This document shows positions 20,801 to 34,604 of a stretch of DNA of 64,000 nt, in pieces. The notes below the pieces were generated by a model, which saw only the letters and a list, made by a program, of their open reading frames with translations, had not been told where the DNA came from and searched no databases. Origin of the DNA: Podarcis pityusensis (lineage: Eukaryota); assembly GCA_964106645.2 (NCBI GenBank), contig OZ067042.1; one strand, 5' to 3'. Within the stretch, counting starts at the first letter, position 1, and the number at the start of each line of letters is the position of its first letter. The translations under genes were made by a program, and so were the position numbers.

Positions 20801-23800
20801 AGAGGAGAAGCTGTGGGCAACCAAGAGCAAAGCATCCACACCACTCACTAAAGTTTTTCTGCTCCCTATGAGTTTTCCTGGAAGAAATGGTATCAGGTTC
20901 AGTTACAGGTAAATCCAGTTAGACTCTACAATAGAAAGAACCAATGTACAGAAGTGAGCAGACAGTGCTAGTTTATGACTATTCTGGAACCACAAAATAA
21001 AAACTGTCGAATGGCATCCATCTGAAAGTTTTTGAAGAAGTCAAATGTGAAATCACTTCAAATGGAAATATGTAACTTGTTCCTAAGATCAGCCTCCATG
21101 CCAGAAAACTGGAGTGGCCAATGTAACACCAATTTTTAAAGAGCGATCCAGTGGGGATACTGGAAATTAAAGGCCAATTTTCTGGGGAAACTGCTGGAAA
21201 ACACTGTTAAAGATAAAATTACCAAGAATGGAAAAGAACAAGTCTTGCTGAAGCAGAACCGGCATGCCTTTTACAAGGGTAAGTCCTGTCTCACTAATCT
21301 ATTAAAGTTCTATGAGCGTGTCAAGCAGCATATAGATAGAGAGGTCCAGTTGAGATATAGCATACCTGGACTTTCAAAAAGCTTTTGACAAAGTACCTCA
21401 CCAAAAATTCTTGAGTAAGCTTAGAAGTCATGGGATAAGAGGAGAGGTTCTCTTGTGTATCAGAACTGGTTAAGGAACAGGAAGCAGAGAGTTCTCCCAA
21501 TGGAGGGATAAAAATGGTGGAGTCCCCCAAGAATCGATATTGGGATCTGTGCTTTTTAACTTATTCATAAAAGATCTAGAATTAAGAGTGAGGAGTAAAG
21601 TTGCCAAGTTTGCAGATAATACCAAATTGCTCAGAGAGGTTAAAACAAAAAGGGATTGTGAAATGCTCCAAAAGGATCTCTCCAAACTCAGAGAATTGCC
21701 AATAAAATGGCAAATGCAATTCAATGTACGCTAGAATTGGGACAATTCCCCCCCCCCCCAAAAAAAAATTTAAATATATTCTCATAGGGTCTGAACAGTT
21801 GGTGACTTCACCAAAAATGGGACCTTGGAGTTGTAGGGGGCAGCTTGATGAAGAGGTCACCCCATGTGCAACAGCTGTGAAAAATGGTAGGGATCCCTAG
21901 GGACTGATAATAAAACTGACAATATCACAATGTTATTATACAGATCTTTGTTGTGACTTCATTTGGAATACAGTTCTGGTGTATACAGTTCTGGTGATCT
22001 CACCAGGAATGGTACAGCTAGAAGGGGTTCAGAAAAAGGAAGCCAAAATGACTAGAAGAATGGAGCAACTCCCCTTGGAAGAAAAGTTACATTAGGGAAC
22101 CTTTCCGTTTAGAGAAAAGGCGAGCAAGAAAGGACATGATAGAAGTATATAAAATTATACATGGAACGTAGAAAGTGGATGACGTTTTCTCCCCTCTTTC
22201 ATAACACTGGAACTTCAGTAATCCAATGAAGCTGAATGTTGGAAGATTTAGGACTGACAAAAGGAAGTACGTTGCAGAGCACATAATTATAGAGCCTTGA
22301 TCACCAGCAAATTCCATAATATCAAGGATGAATGGAAATTTATCTCAACCCTACTTAACCATATCTACATTTAACCAATTAATTAAGGAATTCTCCCTCC
22401 TCTTCCCAGAACACATCCTGGCACAGTCCAGAAAATAACTATTTGGGCAAGATGTTTGAGGGAGTAGTGGCTGTTCAACTCCAAACAGCCTGAGACGATA
22501 CTGATTATCTAGATCCATTGCAATCTGGCTCAGGTCTAACTTTTGAAATGAAGCAAATTGGTTTTAATATGGAAGAAGTTTTACTACTGAATGATTTTAT
22601 TCTGCAGTTTTATATTTTTAGCTGTTTTATTTATTTTTTAACCATTCAGGGAGGTATTGTTTTTAGATATTGTTGTTTTTATTCTTTTCTTTCTTACTTT
22701 AATGTTGTTTTAGCACCAGGCAAAAACCTTTTAATTTTCATAGGCTTTTAAAGTCTTCCCCCCCCACACACACACACCTGTTTGGAAGGTTTTTATTCTT
22801 TGCTACCTCATTTGGGAATTTCTTTAAACTTAAAAGCAGACTACAAATGTCAAAAACAAATATACAAAAAAAATCATTTTTAATCATAGATCATAGAGCC
22901 TGCCTACTTTCCAAAAGCAAGCAGTGTATGCCTTTTATGTAGGAAAGAATCATGACTAATTGTGCTAGCAATTTTTCCAGATTTTTGTAGATAAGTCTCT
23001 TGTGCTTTTGCATACCAGAAAAAATGTACTGTGGGGAAAACACATTAGAAGCAGCACCTCATGATTATCATGATCAGATCTAGACATTTTCAGTATAAAT
23101 GTGACATGGGTAGAGAGTTTTTATGCTATTTTTTTCTGGTAGTTTCCCTGTTCAAAGAACCTGGATAACAAATAATGTTACAGTCACCCCTCTTAAGTTC
23201 TCATCATGTTACAATGAAAAGGACGATTGGTCTTACCTGACGTGTAGATTTGGTGGATAAGGAAGGGTTCATTGGGGGGTAATGTTCACGACAAAAACAA
23301 TCAGATCACAATAAGCACACACAAGCAAACACAGAAGGACAGAATAGAAAAGAAAATGGGAAGAAAAAACACTTAACTGACATATTTGCCAAGGCAGGAG
23401 AGAAAAGGTGCTGGTTTTAACCTTCAAAGCCCTATACGGCCTAGGACCCTCGTATCTACGGGACCGCCTCTCCTGGTATGCCCCACAGAGGAACTTACGG
23501 TCTTCAAATAAAAACATCTTGAAGGTCCCAGGCCTCAGAGAGGTTAGGCTGGCCTCAACTAGAGCCAGGGCTTTTTCGGCTGCGGCTCCATCCTGGTGGA
23601 ACGCTCTGTCACAAGAGACAAGGGCCCTCCAGGACTTGACATCTTTCCGCAGGGCCTGCAAGACAGAGCTGTTCCTCCAGGCCTTTGGTCAGGGCGCAGC
23701 CTGACTCCCTCCTTTGGCAATCTTTACAATACTTTAGTTTATGGTTGCCATCAATTTTGATTTTAATTAATTCTTTGTTGTTTTTATAATGTTGCACTAT

Positions 23801-26800
23801 TTTAGTGTTGTTAGCCGCCCTGAGCCCGGCTTCGGCTGGGGAGGGCGGGATATAAATAAAATTTATTATTATTATTATTATTATTAAAAAACTGAGATTA
23901 TCTCCACCTCCCAGAATTCTGCTCTCCTGCCTTTGTCATAGCTCATGAACATTACCCAACCATTAACCCTTCCTCATCCCACCAAAATTTTAACTCACCA
24001 TCCTTTTGTTAAACCAAACCTTTGTTTAGCAATCACGATAAAAATAGAGCAGTTCAGTGTCCTACCTCTGTCTCCGTGGGAATTCCACTTCACTATCTAC
24101 TTCCCCTTCTTCTTCTTCTGAAGAGTCATCTCCACTCTAGTAGAAGATTAAAGGCAATGTTATTTGCCACTTATTTACAAGCATACAGCCACCTGAGCAA
24201 CTTTCATGAACGGAAGTCTCCAAAGGTAGTCTACAGAAAGAACTAAGAAATTTAGGGTGCATGAGAAAACAGCAAAATGTAAATCTGTCCATTGCTTCCA
24301 GGATGGTTGGAGGGATCTTACCTTTGGGATGGGCCGTGTTTTACCCGGGAGTCCTGGAGTACTTGCAGGATGAGATGAGCCAAGAGAAGACACTGATCTG
24401 TGGCTGCTGAATTCACCTTCCTCATTATTTCCAGGAAATTGCTTATTTGCATGCAATGGTGCTTCAGACTTCTCCAGCCCTGGCTCAAGTGACTGTCCTT
24501 GATTTGCAGTATTTGTCCCCATCCTGCACTGCGGGCAAAGGTTGTATGTATCTCCTTTACAACATTCCCAATGATTAGCCTCGCCCTCCCCATTCTCGTT
24601 CTCCTCCAGATTTCTCCGTGAATCAGCTTCCATAGCAGCAGAGATAAGGTCAGGACTAGAACCAGACATCCTCCTTTGGGCGTGATTACTAAGAGGACTG
24701 CGTAGGGCTGCAGCAGGGCCAAAATATCGAAGGTTGTTAGCACAGTTGGCTATGTCCTGGCCATGGATGTTCATTCGGGGGTGATGCCCATGATGATGGG
24801 GGTGGTGCTGATGATGGTGCGATGGATGGGCCAAGTCATCTTGAGCTGACTGATTTTTCAAGATCCCTGTGAAATCATTGTAGCTGCCTTTGCTGTTTCC
24901 TCGCCGGTGGCGTGGTTTGCTACGGTAACGTCCTTTGTTACTGAGGGTTGACATCTTTGGACTTCCTGAAAGGGGAGAACCACTAGGAGCCACTTCAGTG
25001 CTGGATATGCCATCCGTCTTCAGCAAGTCAGGCCTGAGAAATGATGCAAAAACCAGCATGCTCTCTATTAGAATTAACATATGCAAGCTTCCACTATTTC
25101 CTTCATTTTTTGTCAACATGCCTATTGACAGATGACATTGAAATAACACAGGCTTTGTTATAGGTCACATAGGGTAAACTAAAAATAAAATTCGGAATTG
25201 GCGGGTACCAAAGGAAGCACTGAGGTGAAGCAAAGGCTTCATACATCCAGTGGGCTTCTTGACTTTTTGCCTTAAAAAAAGAAAATTAGACCTGCATTCC
25301 CACCCCATCTTACTTGCTTAATAATTCAGGTGAACATAGAATAAATCCTATAATTACTAATATGACTACCAGTTTGCAACAACAGGTTTTCAGCAATGTG
25401 AATTAGCTGTAGCATTATGCTAAAGCACTGGTTTTAAAAAATGCTTGGCTACAAAAGCCCAGCTGTGATTTGTAGGCATTTACTTCTCAGATCTGTGGTG
25501 GTTCCATACTACCCACTATCAACAGATCAGTACATACTGAAGAACTCCTCATTCTAAATGGCAAGGAGCAAAAATGCTGAAATGCCACAACCAAACTCCA
25601 GAATTAAAGCTGTCTAGATAACCCCTTAGTACATTTAATCCAGACCAAATATCAGATGACCATTTTGCTAATCACTCTCTGATATAAAAGCTGCATTGGG
25701 TACTCTGAGATTCCTAAATGACCACCGATAAAACTGTTTGGTCCAACATTCCGCTCTTAAATTGCATCTGCTCTACATTACTAAAACATCCATGTTATTG
25801 GTGATCATTATCAAGGACACACATATCCCATCTTATAGATTAATGTCTAATTCAAGGATGCTACACACCAGAAGATTTGTCAGTGCCACTTGAATAATCA
25901 GTCATTTTGTGCAATAATGGATGCTGACCCTAGCAGATGTGGCTTCCTCATTTTGTAGATATATGCACATCATTGTGAAAAGCCTTTGAACATGTTTTTG
26001 TTATTTGGCTCACCGTTTAGTCTGGCCTCCAGGCTTGTGCGAGACTCCTCTCCTCTTCATCAATTTTTCCATTGCATTGGCATGGATTATTGGTCGGACT
26101 GGGTGACGCTTGTAAGTCCCAGGATATTTCTTTTCCACAGCTTGCTCCCGCCTGCACATGGATTAAAAATGAAATTTGTAATCTTTTCATTATAAAATGA
26201 ATTTTTTAAGAATATTTGCAATTTCCCCAAGTCAAAAGAATAATAAATTAATATTACAAACTGTTGTCCACGCAAGTGCTCATGTCAGCATTTTTGGGGA
26301 GAAACCTAGTTATTCTCTAGGCCACTGTCTTAAACTGGGGAGATGGGACCCAATACTAGGTAGAGCTTGATCTAAAGGAAGCAATAACAGCAGCACTACC
26401 ACCCAAAAAAAATATGGTAAACAAAATTGGTGTGTTTAGGTTAAAGGTAGGTCTGCATCTGAAGAGGTTGGAGTATGCTGATCTAGGCAACAACTAATGC
26501 AACCATAAGTGCTGGTTGTGTTTCATATCAAGATTAAAAAACATGGATGTGCAATAGAAGTGTTGTGTTCTAAAATAAGAAGCTTTCCCCACCACAATCT
26601 TGATTAGAAAAAGAAGTGTCTGGAGCAGATCCATGGAAAAAGTTAATACTAAGGAATGGTGATTGTTCTCTTGCACTATAAGGGAAACACAAAGAGAACA
26701 CTCTTTTTAATCTAGAACAATCGAAAAACCTATGAATCCCTGCTTCTAATTATGTCATCTGCATGGCTACAAGGTACATCTATGTGGATAAGCGTACTTG

Positions 26801-29800
26801 ATGAGCTCCTTTTCTCGAACCTCCAGCTGTAACATGATAGCACTGAGCTCCATGTACAAATTATTGGCTCTCTCCAGTTTTCTCTCATAATGTTCACGAA
26901 TGTCCAAGGCATGCCTATGAAAAAGAAAGGAGAGCTACAGGTGAGTGGCTTTTCCTGTAAGGGACAATTTGTACAGGCAAAAGGGAAGCTTAATAGATGT
27001 ACTTATGCAGAATTATTCTCAATTAAACATCTCATCTACCACTTCCAAGATAAGCAAATGATGAAAGTATCTGAATGTAATAAAACCAAAATCAGAGTTT
27101 AGATATGAATGAAGCACTCACTAAAGAGAACTCTGTTAAGATCCTTCTCCCATAATTCAGGGTCACCCAGGATAAGAGATTGGCAGTAAATTCAGGACAA
27201 ACAAACAAACTAATGTTATCTCTTTATGCTGTGCATAGTTAACATAAGGAATTTCCTGCAACAGGATGCTTATCTCCTTAAAAAGAAATTAGACAAATTA
27301 CTGACAGATAAAACTATTGACAGCTATTAGCTATGATAGCTAAATAGAACATCCAGGGTCAGAGGCAGTCTGAATGTCCTGTTTGCATTCTTCCCAGAAA
27401 TATCTGGCAGTCTCTTGGTGGAAACAGGATAGTTAATTGATCTGAATTAGCAAAGCTCTTCTCACGCACTGAAAGTCAACAGACCTGAGTTCTTCTCTTC
27501 TGCGACGAATAAGTTCTTCATCTAACCGGTGTATGCAAGTTCCTTCACTTTTAATCTTCTCAAAGTGCTTCTTCACTTCTTCTCTCCATTCAGCCTGCCA
27601 AAGCAATTTAGATGGATACACAGCATAACTCATGGCAGTGACAACTGCACAATAAAGGGTTGCACTACTTTAACATATTAAACAAGAAACCCAAGCTTCT
27701 TTATTCAATAGTACTTTTGTAGTAGGAGGCTGCAAAGCTATCTGATCACCAGGCTTGACCAGGGACTCATCTTTTTAGCTGAAATTCTAACATTAAGTAC
27801 AGACGTGTATTGCAAATCTCTCCTAGCCTATAAAACTGATTGCCATTTCAAACCTATGAACAGCTCATTTCTTCTCAAATCTGTAGCCAACTGCTTTTCA
27901 GGCCCAAGACGACATGGAGAGTATGCAATACTCAAGAAAATATAATAACTATTTATTTGGCTTTAGATTTCATACCACAATTCCTATGGATTTGCACTAA
28001 AATACAGCGTAGAAATCTTGATCACCTCAGTAAAATGCTTTACTTTAATACTTCACTGGAACAAAATCTGCACCCTGCAGACACCATCCTATCAGGAGGT
28101 CCATTCTGCACAATGTTGGAATCAGGTCTTTTGTGTGACAGCACCTACCATTTGGAACTCTGTCTTACTGTATATCACACAGGATTCTTCTCTTTTATCT
28201 TCTAGATGCCGGCCAAATATATTGCTCTTTCAACAAGCCTTTTAAAACCTTCATCCCAGCTGGTATCTAGCTTGGAATGGAATTAATTTTATGTATGTGC
28301 CGTTGCTTTTTATTTACTGCTTTTTATTTACAATTATGTTATTATATTGTAAATAGCTTTGGGGTGCATTATGGGAACATAAATGAATGCCTGTGCTTTT
28401 CTCTTCCTATTCCTACCATATAAGTCTTATTAAAGAACACATGGCAAGCCAACGATACAGTCTGGTGCTAGAAAAAAAAAATAGATTTACCTGAGACTTG
28501 AAATAAGTCTCTTGAGGGGTACCCAACACATCAGCAGATGCAATGTCAAGGTGCATAAGCGTCTGTCGAAAAGAGGGCCGATTCCGGGGCTTGCTTTGCC
28601 TGACAAATTAAAGAAAAACAGACAGGAGAGACCATCCAAACATAATTAAGAAACAATTTGGAATATTTTAACTGATGGTTTCATTTGAAATAGGCCTTTC
28701 TCACTGCCTATTAGAATACCACCACCCCCTAAAGAAAAACAAAGGAGGCAGTAATCAGGAATACATAAATGTCAGTTTCCTTATTCCCTCTCCCGTATCT
28801 GGCAAGGCAAACCAAACCCTCAATGTAACACTAATGTAGAAAGATTAGCTAGATATGAACACTATATCCTCTCACTTTGTTATTTTCCACGCATCCATTT
28901 CAGAAGCATCTTTACTTATTCTCCTTTCTCATCCCTTCCTTTCCAGCTACTGGAACAATTATGGTGGGAAAAGAAAAGGGCACCAAATTCAAAAAAGTGC
29001 TGAATTATGGTCACAAAGGAAGTATTAGGTGCGTATTCGAAGTGTATCCCCATTCTTCCTTTGCAGGCATGGCTTCTACTTATTACCTTACTGTCTGCGG
29101 CAATCATAATGCATTCGTATCAGTTCATACACTTGAAGAAGTTGTTTTTCCCCAAGCCAATGTATTATTCTAAACTGTGCTTTACAAAAGAACAGACTGT
29201 AGTATCACAGTGTTAATGCTAGTCAGTGCAGACAGAGATCTCATCCTTCACTCTCATTTTGTGGGCATACTGTGGCGTTTTTGTACTGGGGGTGGAAGGG
29301 GGGTGTGCACAATACCAGCTGGGCACAGGTGTGGACAGAACAACCCTTACCATGTTTGCTTCATAAGGATCTTGAATCCATCTGGGCAAGTGGAGGGCAC
29401 AGGAAGGTGCAAGCTATTACTGCCTACCCCCCAGATGATAGCTGAGGAGTCAACATCCTTATATGGAATCTCTCCAGTGAGAAGCTCCCACAATACTACT
29501 CCAAATGACCTGATAGAAAATGAGAGAGATAAAAATCAGAAAACTGTATATAACAAGGGGGTTAAGGCTCAGATCTTCTAAAGCAAAGCTGCTAGTGATG
29601 CTAAGTCATGAGAACATAGTTTGTCTCAGAAGTTCTGTTGGAAACACTGAAACTGACAAGTACTTATTAATGCATTACTCACCAAATATCCACCTTTTCA
29701 GAGACAGGTTCATTGCGAATCACCTCTGGCGCCATCCAAGCTACAGTCCCTGCAAAGGACATTTTTGTACTCTTATCGCTGAGTTCTTTAGAAGTACCAA

Positions 29801-32800
29801 AATCTGAAATTTTTACTGTATCATTGTGAGTAACTAATACACTGAAAAGAAAAAAAAAAAGGAAAAATGGGGAATAAAGTTTGAATGTAATTCCAACTCA
29901 CAACCACAATTTAGGTCAAATCTCATTTTCTGTCTTACACTCCCCACATGCTAACAACTCACTTGGGCGACTTGAGGTCTCTATGGATTATTTTATGAAG
30001 ATGTAAATAGTTCATTCCACTAGCAATCCCTGTTGACCAGTCCACAAGCAGGCGAGGTGTGACCTTCCTACCGGCTCGCAACACTTCATACAGCTGTCCA
30101 TGAGCACAGTACTCCATTATTATACAGTAGCACGGTGCCTGAGTACAAACGCCCCTGGCATAAAAAAGAACTATAGATTAAAAACAACAACAACATTTAT
30201 AATAATGAGAACATGCAAGTGAAACAAAATGAAAAGTGCTGCTAATTCTCCTGGACAGTAAAAGTACTTCTCACCTTGAGACTAAATCACTCTTTCTTTT
30301 AATTTATTCATATTCATATTCTATCCTTCAAATAAATTCACATTATTTTCACTTTATCCACCAATTAATTGGTCATATATGTACCAGAATAGTAAGTGGA
30401 ATAATTAAAAGTCTTCCCAGAGCTATTTCATTCTAAACATTCTTTTTCATTCTAAAATTGAATTTCATGAGGTAGCGTTGATTATTATTCAGGGTCTTGG
30501 GGCAGAATAAGGAGGATGAAATGCTGCTGAATTAACTCACATTAAAACTCTTTCCACACATAACAATAAAGTTTTCACAAAGAAAGGAATGGGAAATAAA
30601 ATTTTAAAAATTGCTGCAATAATAGATTGGGAAGAACTCAGGCTTCCACAGAATACAAAGCATGTTATCCAACTACAGTCATACCTCCGCTTACGTATCC
30701 CTCCAGTTACGTAAACTTTGGGATACGTAACCGGCAAAACCACAAGTATATTTCTGGGTTTTTGCCACACGTACATGCGCAGAAGTGGTCTCTCTGGTTG
30801 CAAAAACCTAGGGATCCGGACGGACCTCCAGAACGGATCCCGTCTGCAACCAGAGTTACCACTGTACCATGCATCCATAAACAGCAACTTTGTTCCTCCC
30901 TTCATATGAACTGGAAACAAGCCAGGAAGTTTCAGTTTACTACGGTTTCCATTTATATACTGGGAAACTATGGCTAATGGCTTCCAAACAAGCAAGGATA
31001 TGAAGCCTTAGTTTAAAGCTGGTTTAATATCCTGGTTTGTTTGGAAACTACAAAAGGAAGCAACTATTAAGTGACACTTGCCGGCTTGTTCACTCACCAA
31101 TATCTGATCATCTGAGGATAGTCAATTAATATAAGGATTCTGTTTTACCATCAGCAGGCATGGCTAAAGAAATAACCTTGAAGTTGAGATTTTCCAGCTA
31201 GAACTACTGTTTAGAGGACAGAAGGAGACCATTGTAACCTGAACACAGTTTAAGGTAAACGTAAAAGGTAAAGGACCACTGACGGTTAAGTTAAAGGCGA
31301 CTATGGGGTGCAGCGCTCATCTCGTTTTTCAGGCTAAGGGAGCCAGTGTCTGTCCACAGACAGGTCATGTAGCCAGCATGACTAAACTGCTTCTGGCACA
31401 ACGGGACACTGCAATGAGTGCCAGAGCACACAGAAAGGCCATTTACCTTCCCACCACAGCGGTACCTATTTATCTACTTGCACTGGTATGCTTTTGAACT
31501 GCTAGGTTGGCAAAAGCTGGGGCAGCTCACCCCGTTGCACAGATTCAAACCTCCAACCTTTCAATTGGGAGCCCAAGAGGCTCAGTGGTTTAGACCACAG
31601 TGCCACCCACAACACAGTTTAGCAGGACATGAAGACATATAGCATATGAGTCCAAAAAAAACCCATTATTGTAGAGTCAAGATAATCAAAGTATGACCTA
31701 CTTGAAAGCAATGATGTTGGGATGCTTCAACTTCCTCAAGTGCTTGATATCCGTTTCACTCTGTTCTCTCACTTTCTTGATGGCCACCTCCTCTGCTCTG
31801 AATTTCCCTAAGAAAACAGCTCCCTGCGCTCCACTGCCCAACCACTGAAGTTCAGAAATCTCCTCAAAAGGAACTTCCCATGTATCTGATAAGAAACAAG
31901 CATTGTTATTCTGACTGCTATAGCTACATTTTGTCAAGCCTTCGAGTAATCAACCAGTTAGTGCCTTTGTAGTCTGATGCCCTGTAGAACTTTGCTAGCA
32001 TGCAAAATGCTCACATCTAGATAATATTGTATTTTAAAAGGAAAAAAAGCACTAGTGCTTTCATTAGCTGTTAAGCTTCCCAGGAAATAACTAGGTGAGC
32101 ATTCCCATAATAAAGATACTGAGATAGAAGGACAAACACTGTATCTCTTCAACCTAAATATCCCAAATGTTCTACTTATAGAGGTGCTTTGGACCGGAAG
32201 TGCTTCCAGACAGGAAGTCAGTAAAGTAAGGGATATCTGACTCTGAAACTGCCTTTGGTGCTCAGGGGTGATGCTACAAGGGGCACCAAACATTTGAAAG
32301 CACAAGTGATTGTCAACTTCAGCTCTGTACAAACAGGAGGGGCCCCATTCATTTAATGAAAGAAGCTCTGAGTATTCATTCCCACTGTACATGAAGCTCT
32401 TCCCCACAAATCAGCCCCACAAGCACAGCTTTTCCATGCATAACAAATGCACATTTGTTTTGCTTTAATCACATTTTAAGGAGCTCAGACTATTTGTTTC
32501 TTGATCTGGTTTGAGGATCCCTGCTTTAAAGATTATTAAGAGCAACTAAGAATATGATCTTGCCACACCTAGGAAGAGATTTTGCTTGCAGTCATCCCCA
32601 CATCCCCCCTCCCATCCCAGGGTAGAAAAATAATAGCCCAGATCAGGGGCATAGTGTAGGCGGTGCTGGGGGGCCATGGCCCTGGGCGCACAATTTATGT
32701 GGGGGCGCAAACCATGCAAGCAACCCCAGTGCAGCCCAGCCTGGCACTCCTCTCCGCCCACCAAGGGCAGTGTCGATCAGTCAATCTCCCCCTGCACAGG

Positions 32801-33804
32801 TGGGCAGGCGACTCAGCACGGCCCCGCTTTGCTCTGGTGGGGGTGGGGTTGTGGCAGTGGCAAGGGCTGGCGCCTGCCCAGCTCACCCACCCTGGGCATC
32901 GACAACCAACCCTACACCACTGTTCCAGGTGTCCAATAAATGACCCAATACGAGAAGCAACAAAGAATAGCAGAAATCGCTATTTGGTTTCGGGACTGCC
33001 TTATTTTTAGACATTCTGAAAGGTGAGAGGCAGTGCTTTTTTCAGGGGGTACTCAAGGGTCCACAGTATCGGCACCTCTTTTCTTTTTGTTAAAAAGTGT
33101 GACACTTAGTGTTAACAACTTCATGGTGAGTACTGGCACCTATTTTTCTCGAAAAAAAGGACTGGTGAGTCAGATAGGAAACATTGATCCATAAATTCAA
33201 ATAGATGAGATTGAGGCTACTGCAATTTTATGACACTCTGGAGGCTATACTTTCCCCTCCTTTATATCTGAGAACATTTTTAAAGCCACAAAAATACATG
33301 GTTTGACTTTTTAGGTTTACCTTGTTGCTGCAGCTTGTAGTCAGTGGAGTAAGCTTTCCCTATAATATTCCATACAGGCTTCAAACAACCAAAGAGTCCT
33401 TCAAGAAATCCACCATTTCCACTACTTGATCTGTTGAACTGGATCTTGATATCTTCTGTTCCATTGTTGGTCTCTCCAGGTATATTATCATTGGTGCCCT
33501 GATGAACAGTAGTTTCCAATTCATCCTGTTCCGTTAACTGTAGCACGCTGTTTTCAAATTGGTCCCTGGAATCCTCACTTACACTGGTCAATACTGTTGT
33601 GGCAACTGGACTGCTCATGTTCTCTGATGCATTGCTATGAAGTAAGCCCTTGTCTCGTACGTCTTCTATGATCTCAGATGAAGGATGGAGACTACTGGGT
33701 ATATGTTCTCCATGCATCCTAGTGAAATCTTTATCTTCATTGAGGGTCTTGGCGATCACAGTCGTAGAGGAAGACCAGCTCAGGGGCTCCTGAGAACTGG
33801 TCAT
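17713..33804 (-). CDS. MAP3K13: MAP3K13 / leucine zipper-bearing kinase LZK, 13 coding exons, 944 aa (950 aa from in-frame ATG at 33822)
   Basis: Exons total 2835 nt; all GT-AG, in phase. Kinase motifs GSGAQG, HRDLKSPN, DFG, WMAPE; dual leucine zipper; SDGLSD; C-terminus ...SSATW* as in human MAP3K13. Confidence 0.98.
18592..18889 (-). CDS. MAP3K13: MAP3K13 coding exon 12 (SDGLSD at 18667-18684)
   Basis: [18 protein letters not shown]...SDGLSDKE...EHGYE. Confidence 0.97.
19008..19510 (-). mobile_element. CR1 3' fragment
   Basis: Partly the reverse complement of 22110-22260 (AATGAAGCTGAATGTTGGAAGATT). Confidence 0.75.
21085..22290 (+). mobile_element. Degraded CR1 LINE (RT region)
   Basis: [40 protein letters not shown] and KFADNTKL motifs, with frameshifts. 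Confidence 0.9.
23405..23886 (+). mobile_element. L2-clade LINE 3' end with (TTA)n tail
   Basis: [20 protein letters not shown]...[14 protein letters not shown]...KTELF, then AATAAA and (TTA)n. Confidence 0.85.
24066..24136 (-). CDS. MAP3K13: MAP3K13 coding exon 11
   Basis: [25 protein letters not shown]|gtagga. Confidence 0.96.
24322..25033 (-). CDS. MAP3K13: MAP3K13 coding exon 10 (712 nt)
   Basis: PDLLKTDG...[17 protein letters not shown]...TRPIPK|gtaaga. Confidence 0.96.
26014..26151 (-). CDS. MAP3K13: MAP3K13 coding exon 9
   Basis: [20 protein letters not shown]...GQTK. Confidence 0.96.
26798..26914 (-). CDS. MAP3K13: MAP3K13 coding exon 8 (leucine zipper)
   Basis: [23 protein letters not shown]...EKELI. 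Confidence 0.97.
27485..27594 (-). CDS. MAP3K13: MAP3K13 coding exon 7
   Basis: [15 protein letters not shown]...RRREEL. Confidence 0.97.
28491..28599 (-). CDS. MAP3K13: MAP3K13 coding exon 6
   Basis: [17 protein letters not shown]...YFKSQ. Confidence 0.97.
29351..29509 (-). CDS. MAP3K13: MAP3K13 coding exon 5
   Basis: [16 protein letters not shown]...FKILMKQT. Confidence 0.97.
29683..29841 (-). CDS. MAP3K13: MAP3K13 coding exon 4
   Basis: [15 protein letters not shown]...[18 protein letters not shown]. Confidence 0.97.
29963..30154 (-). CDS. MAP3K13: MAP3K13 coding exon 3
   Basis: [15 protein letters not shown]...HRDLKSP, donor gtgagt. Confidence 0.97.
30676..30864. mobile_element. Tigger-like MITE with asymmetric ends (CAGTCATACC / CAGTGG)
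   Basis: TA flanks; similar to 56206-56434 in the opposite orientation. Confidence 0.75.
31251..31610 (-). mobile_element. Sauria SINE (diverged)
   Basis: Same core and tail motifs. Confidence 0.85.
31702..31885 (-). CDS. MAP3K13: MAP3K13 coding exon 2 (kinase N-lobe)
   Basis: [22 protein letters not shown]...HPNIIAF. Confidence 0.97.
33321..33804 (-). CDS. MAP3K13: MAP3K13 first coding exon (acceptor at 33895)
   Basis: [10 protein letters not shown]...[30 protein letters not shown]|gtaaac. Confidence 0.95.
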
Positions 33805-34467
33805 TGTACTGTGGGTGTGCATGGAGTTGACAGTCAAAGATATTGCTCTAACAAACACCCGTGCTCACTCCCAGTGTAGAAAGTGGCCACAACACCTGAA
33901 AAAGGAACCGCAGAAAGGTTATGAGAATCATATATCTGATTACATTTGGAGACAAATATTTTAAATGAACAATAAACTGATGTAAACCAACTATTTGTTC
34001 TTCAGTTTAAGCCCAATGATTCATTTCCTAACAAAAAGGCTATCCTGTCCCAAGGAACTTTTCATACAACAACAAAAGTAGCAATTGCTTGAAGTTACAA
34101 CTGTTTTCCCACAGTTGTGGTATCTCTCAGCAATATATTGCATGCTGGACTTTGCCCATCTGTCACATTAAGCCACCTGACATCGAAACCAAACAGGCTC
34201 ATGTGACAAAACTATTGAACTATTTACATAGCTTGCCATAGAAAATCCAAGCTGCAATAGGGTCATTCCATGCATCGTAAAACAACAATTTTATTAATAT
34301 AGAATTAGGTATTTAAAATTAAAGTTAAACAAGGCTGATATACTTTGTAAATGGATTTGTTATCATAATAGCCATTCAAAACAATTGTGCCCAACTGTAA
34401 CGCAAATTTTTAATAAGTGTGCATTTAGGGGGAAACTATGGTACGTTGTGTTGTATCTCTCTATATA

Positions 34468-34604
34468 AGGTGTGGGGAGCCTTGGACACCCAATCACCCC
34501 AGATGTTGCTGAGATACAACTCCCACCAGCAAGCACAGCCAATAGCCGGGGTAGTGGGAGTTATAGTTCAGCAATAACTGGAGGGTCAAAGGTTCCCCAC
34601 ACCT
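34468..34604. mobile_element. hAT MITE (similar copy at ~57446-57555)
   Basis: AGGTGTGGGGA...TCCCCACACCTG inverted termini. Confidence 0.65.

Noticed and set aside
23250-23270. U12 branch-like TTCCTTATC (minus strand)
   Set aside because: The upstream donor is U2-type (GTAGGA) and the motif mismatches TCCTTAAC.
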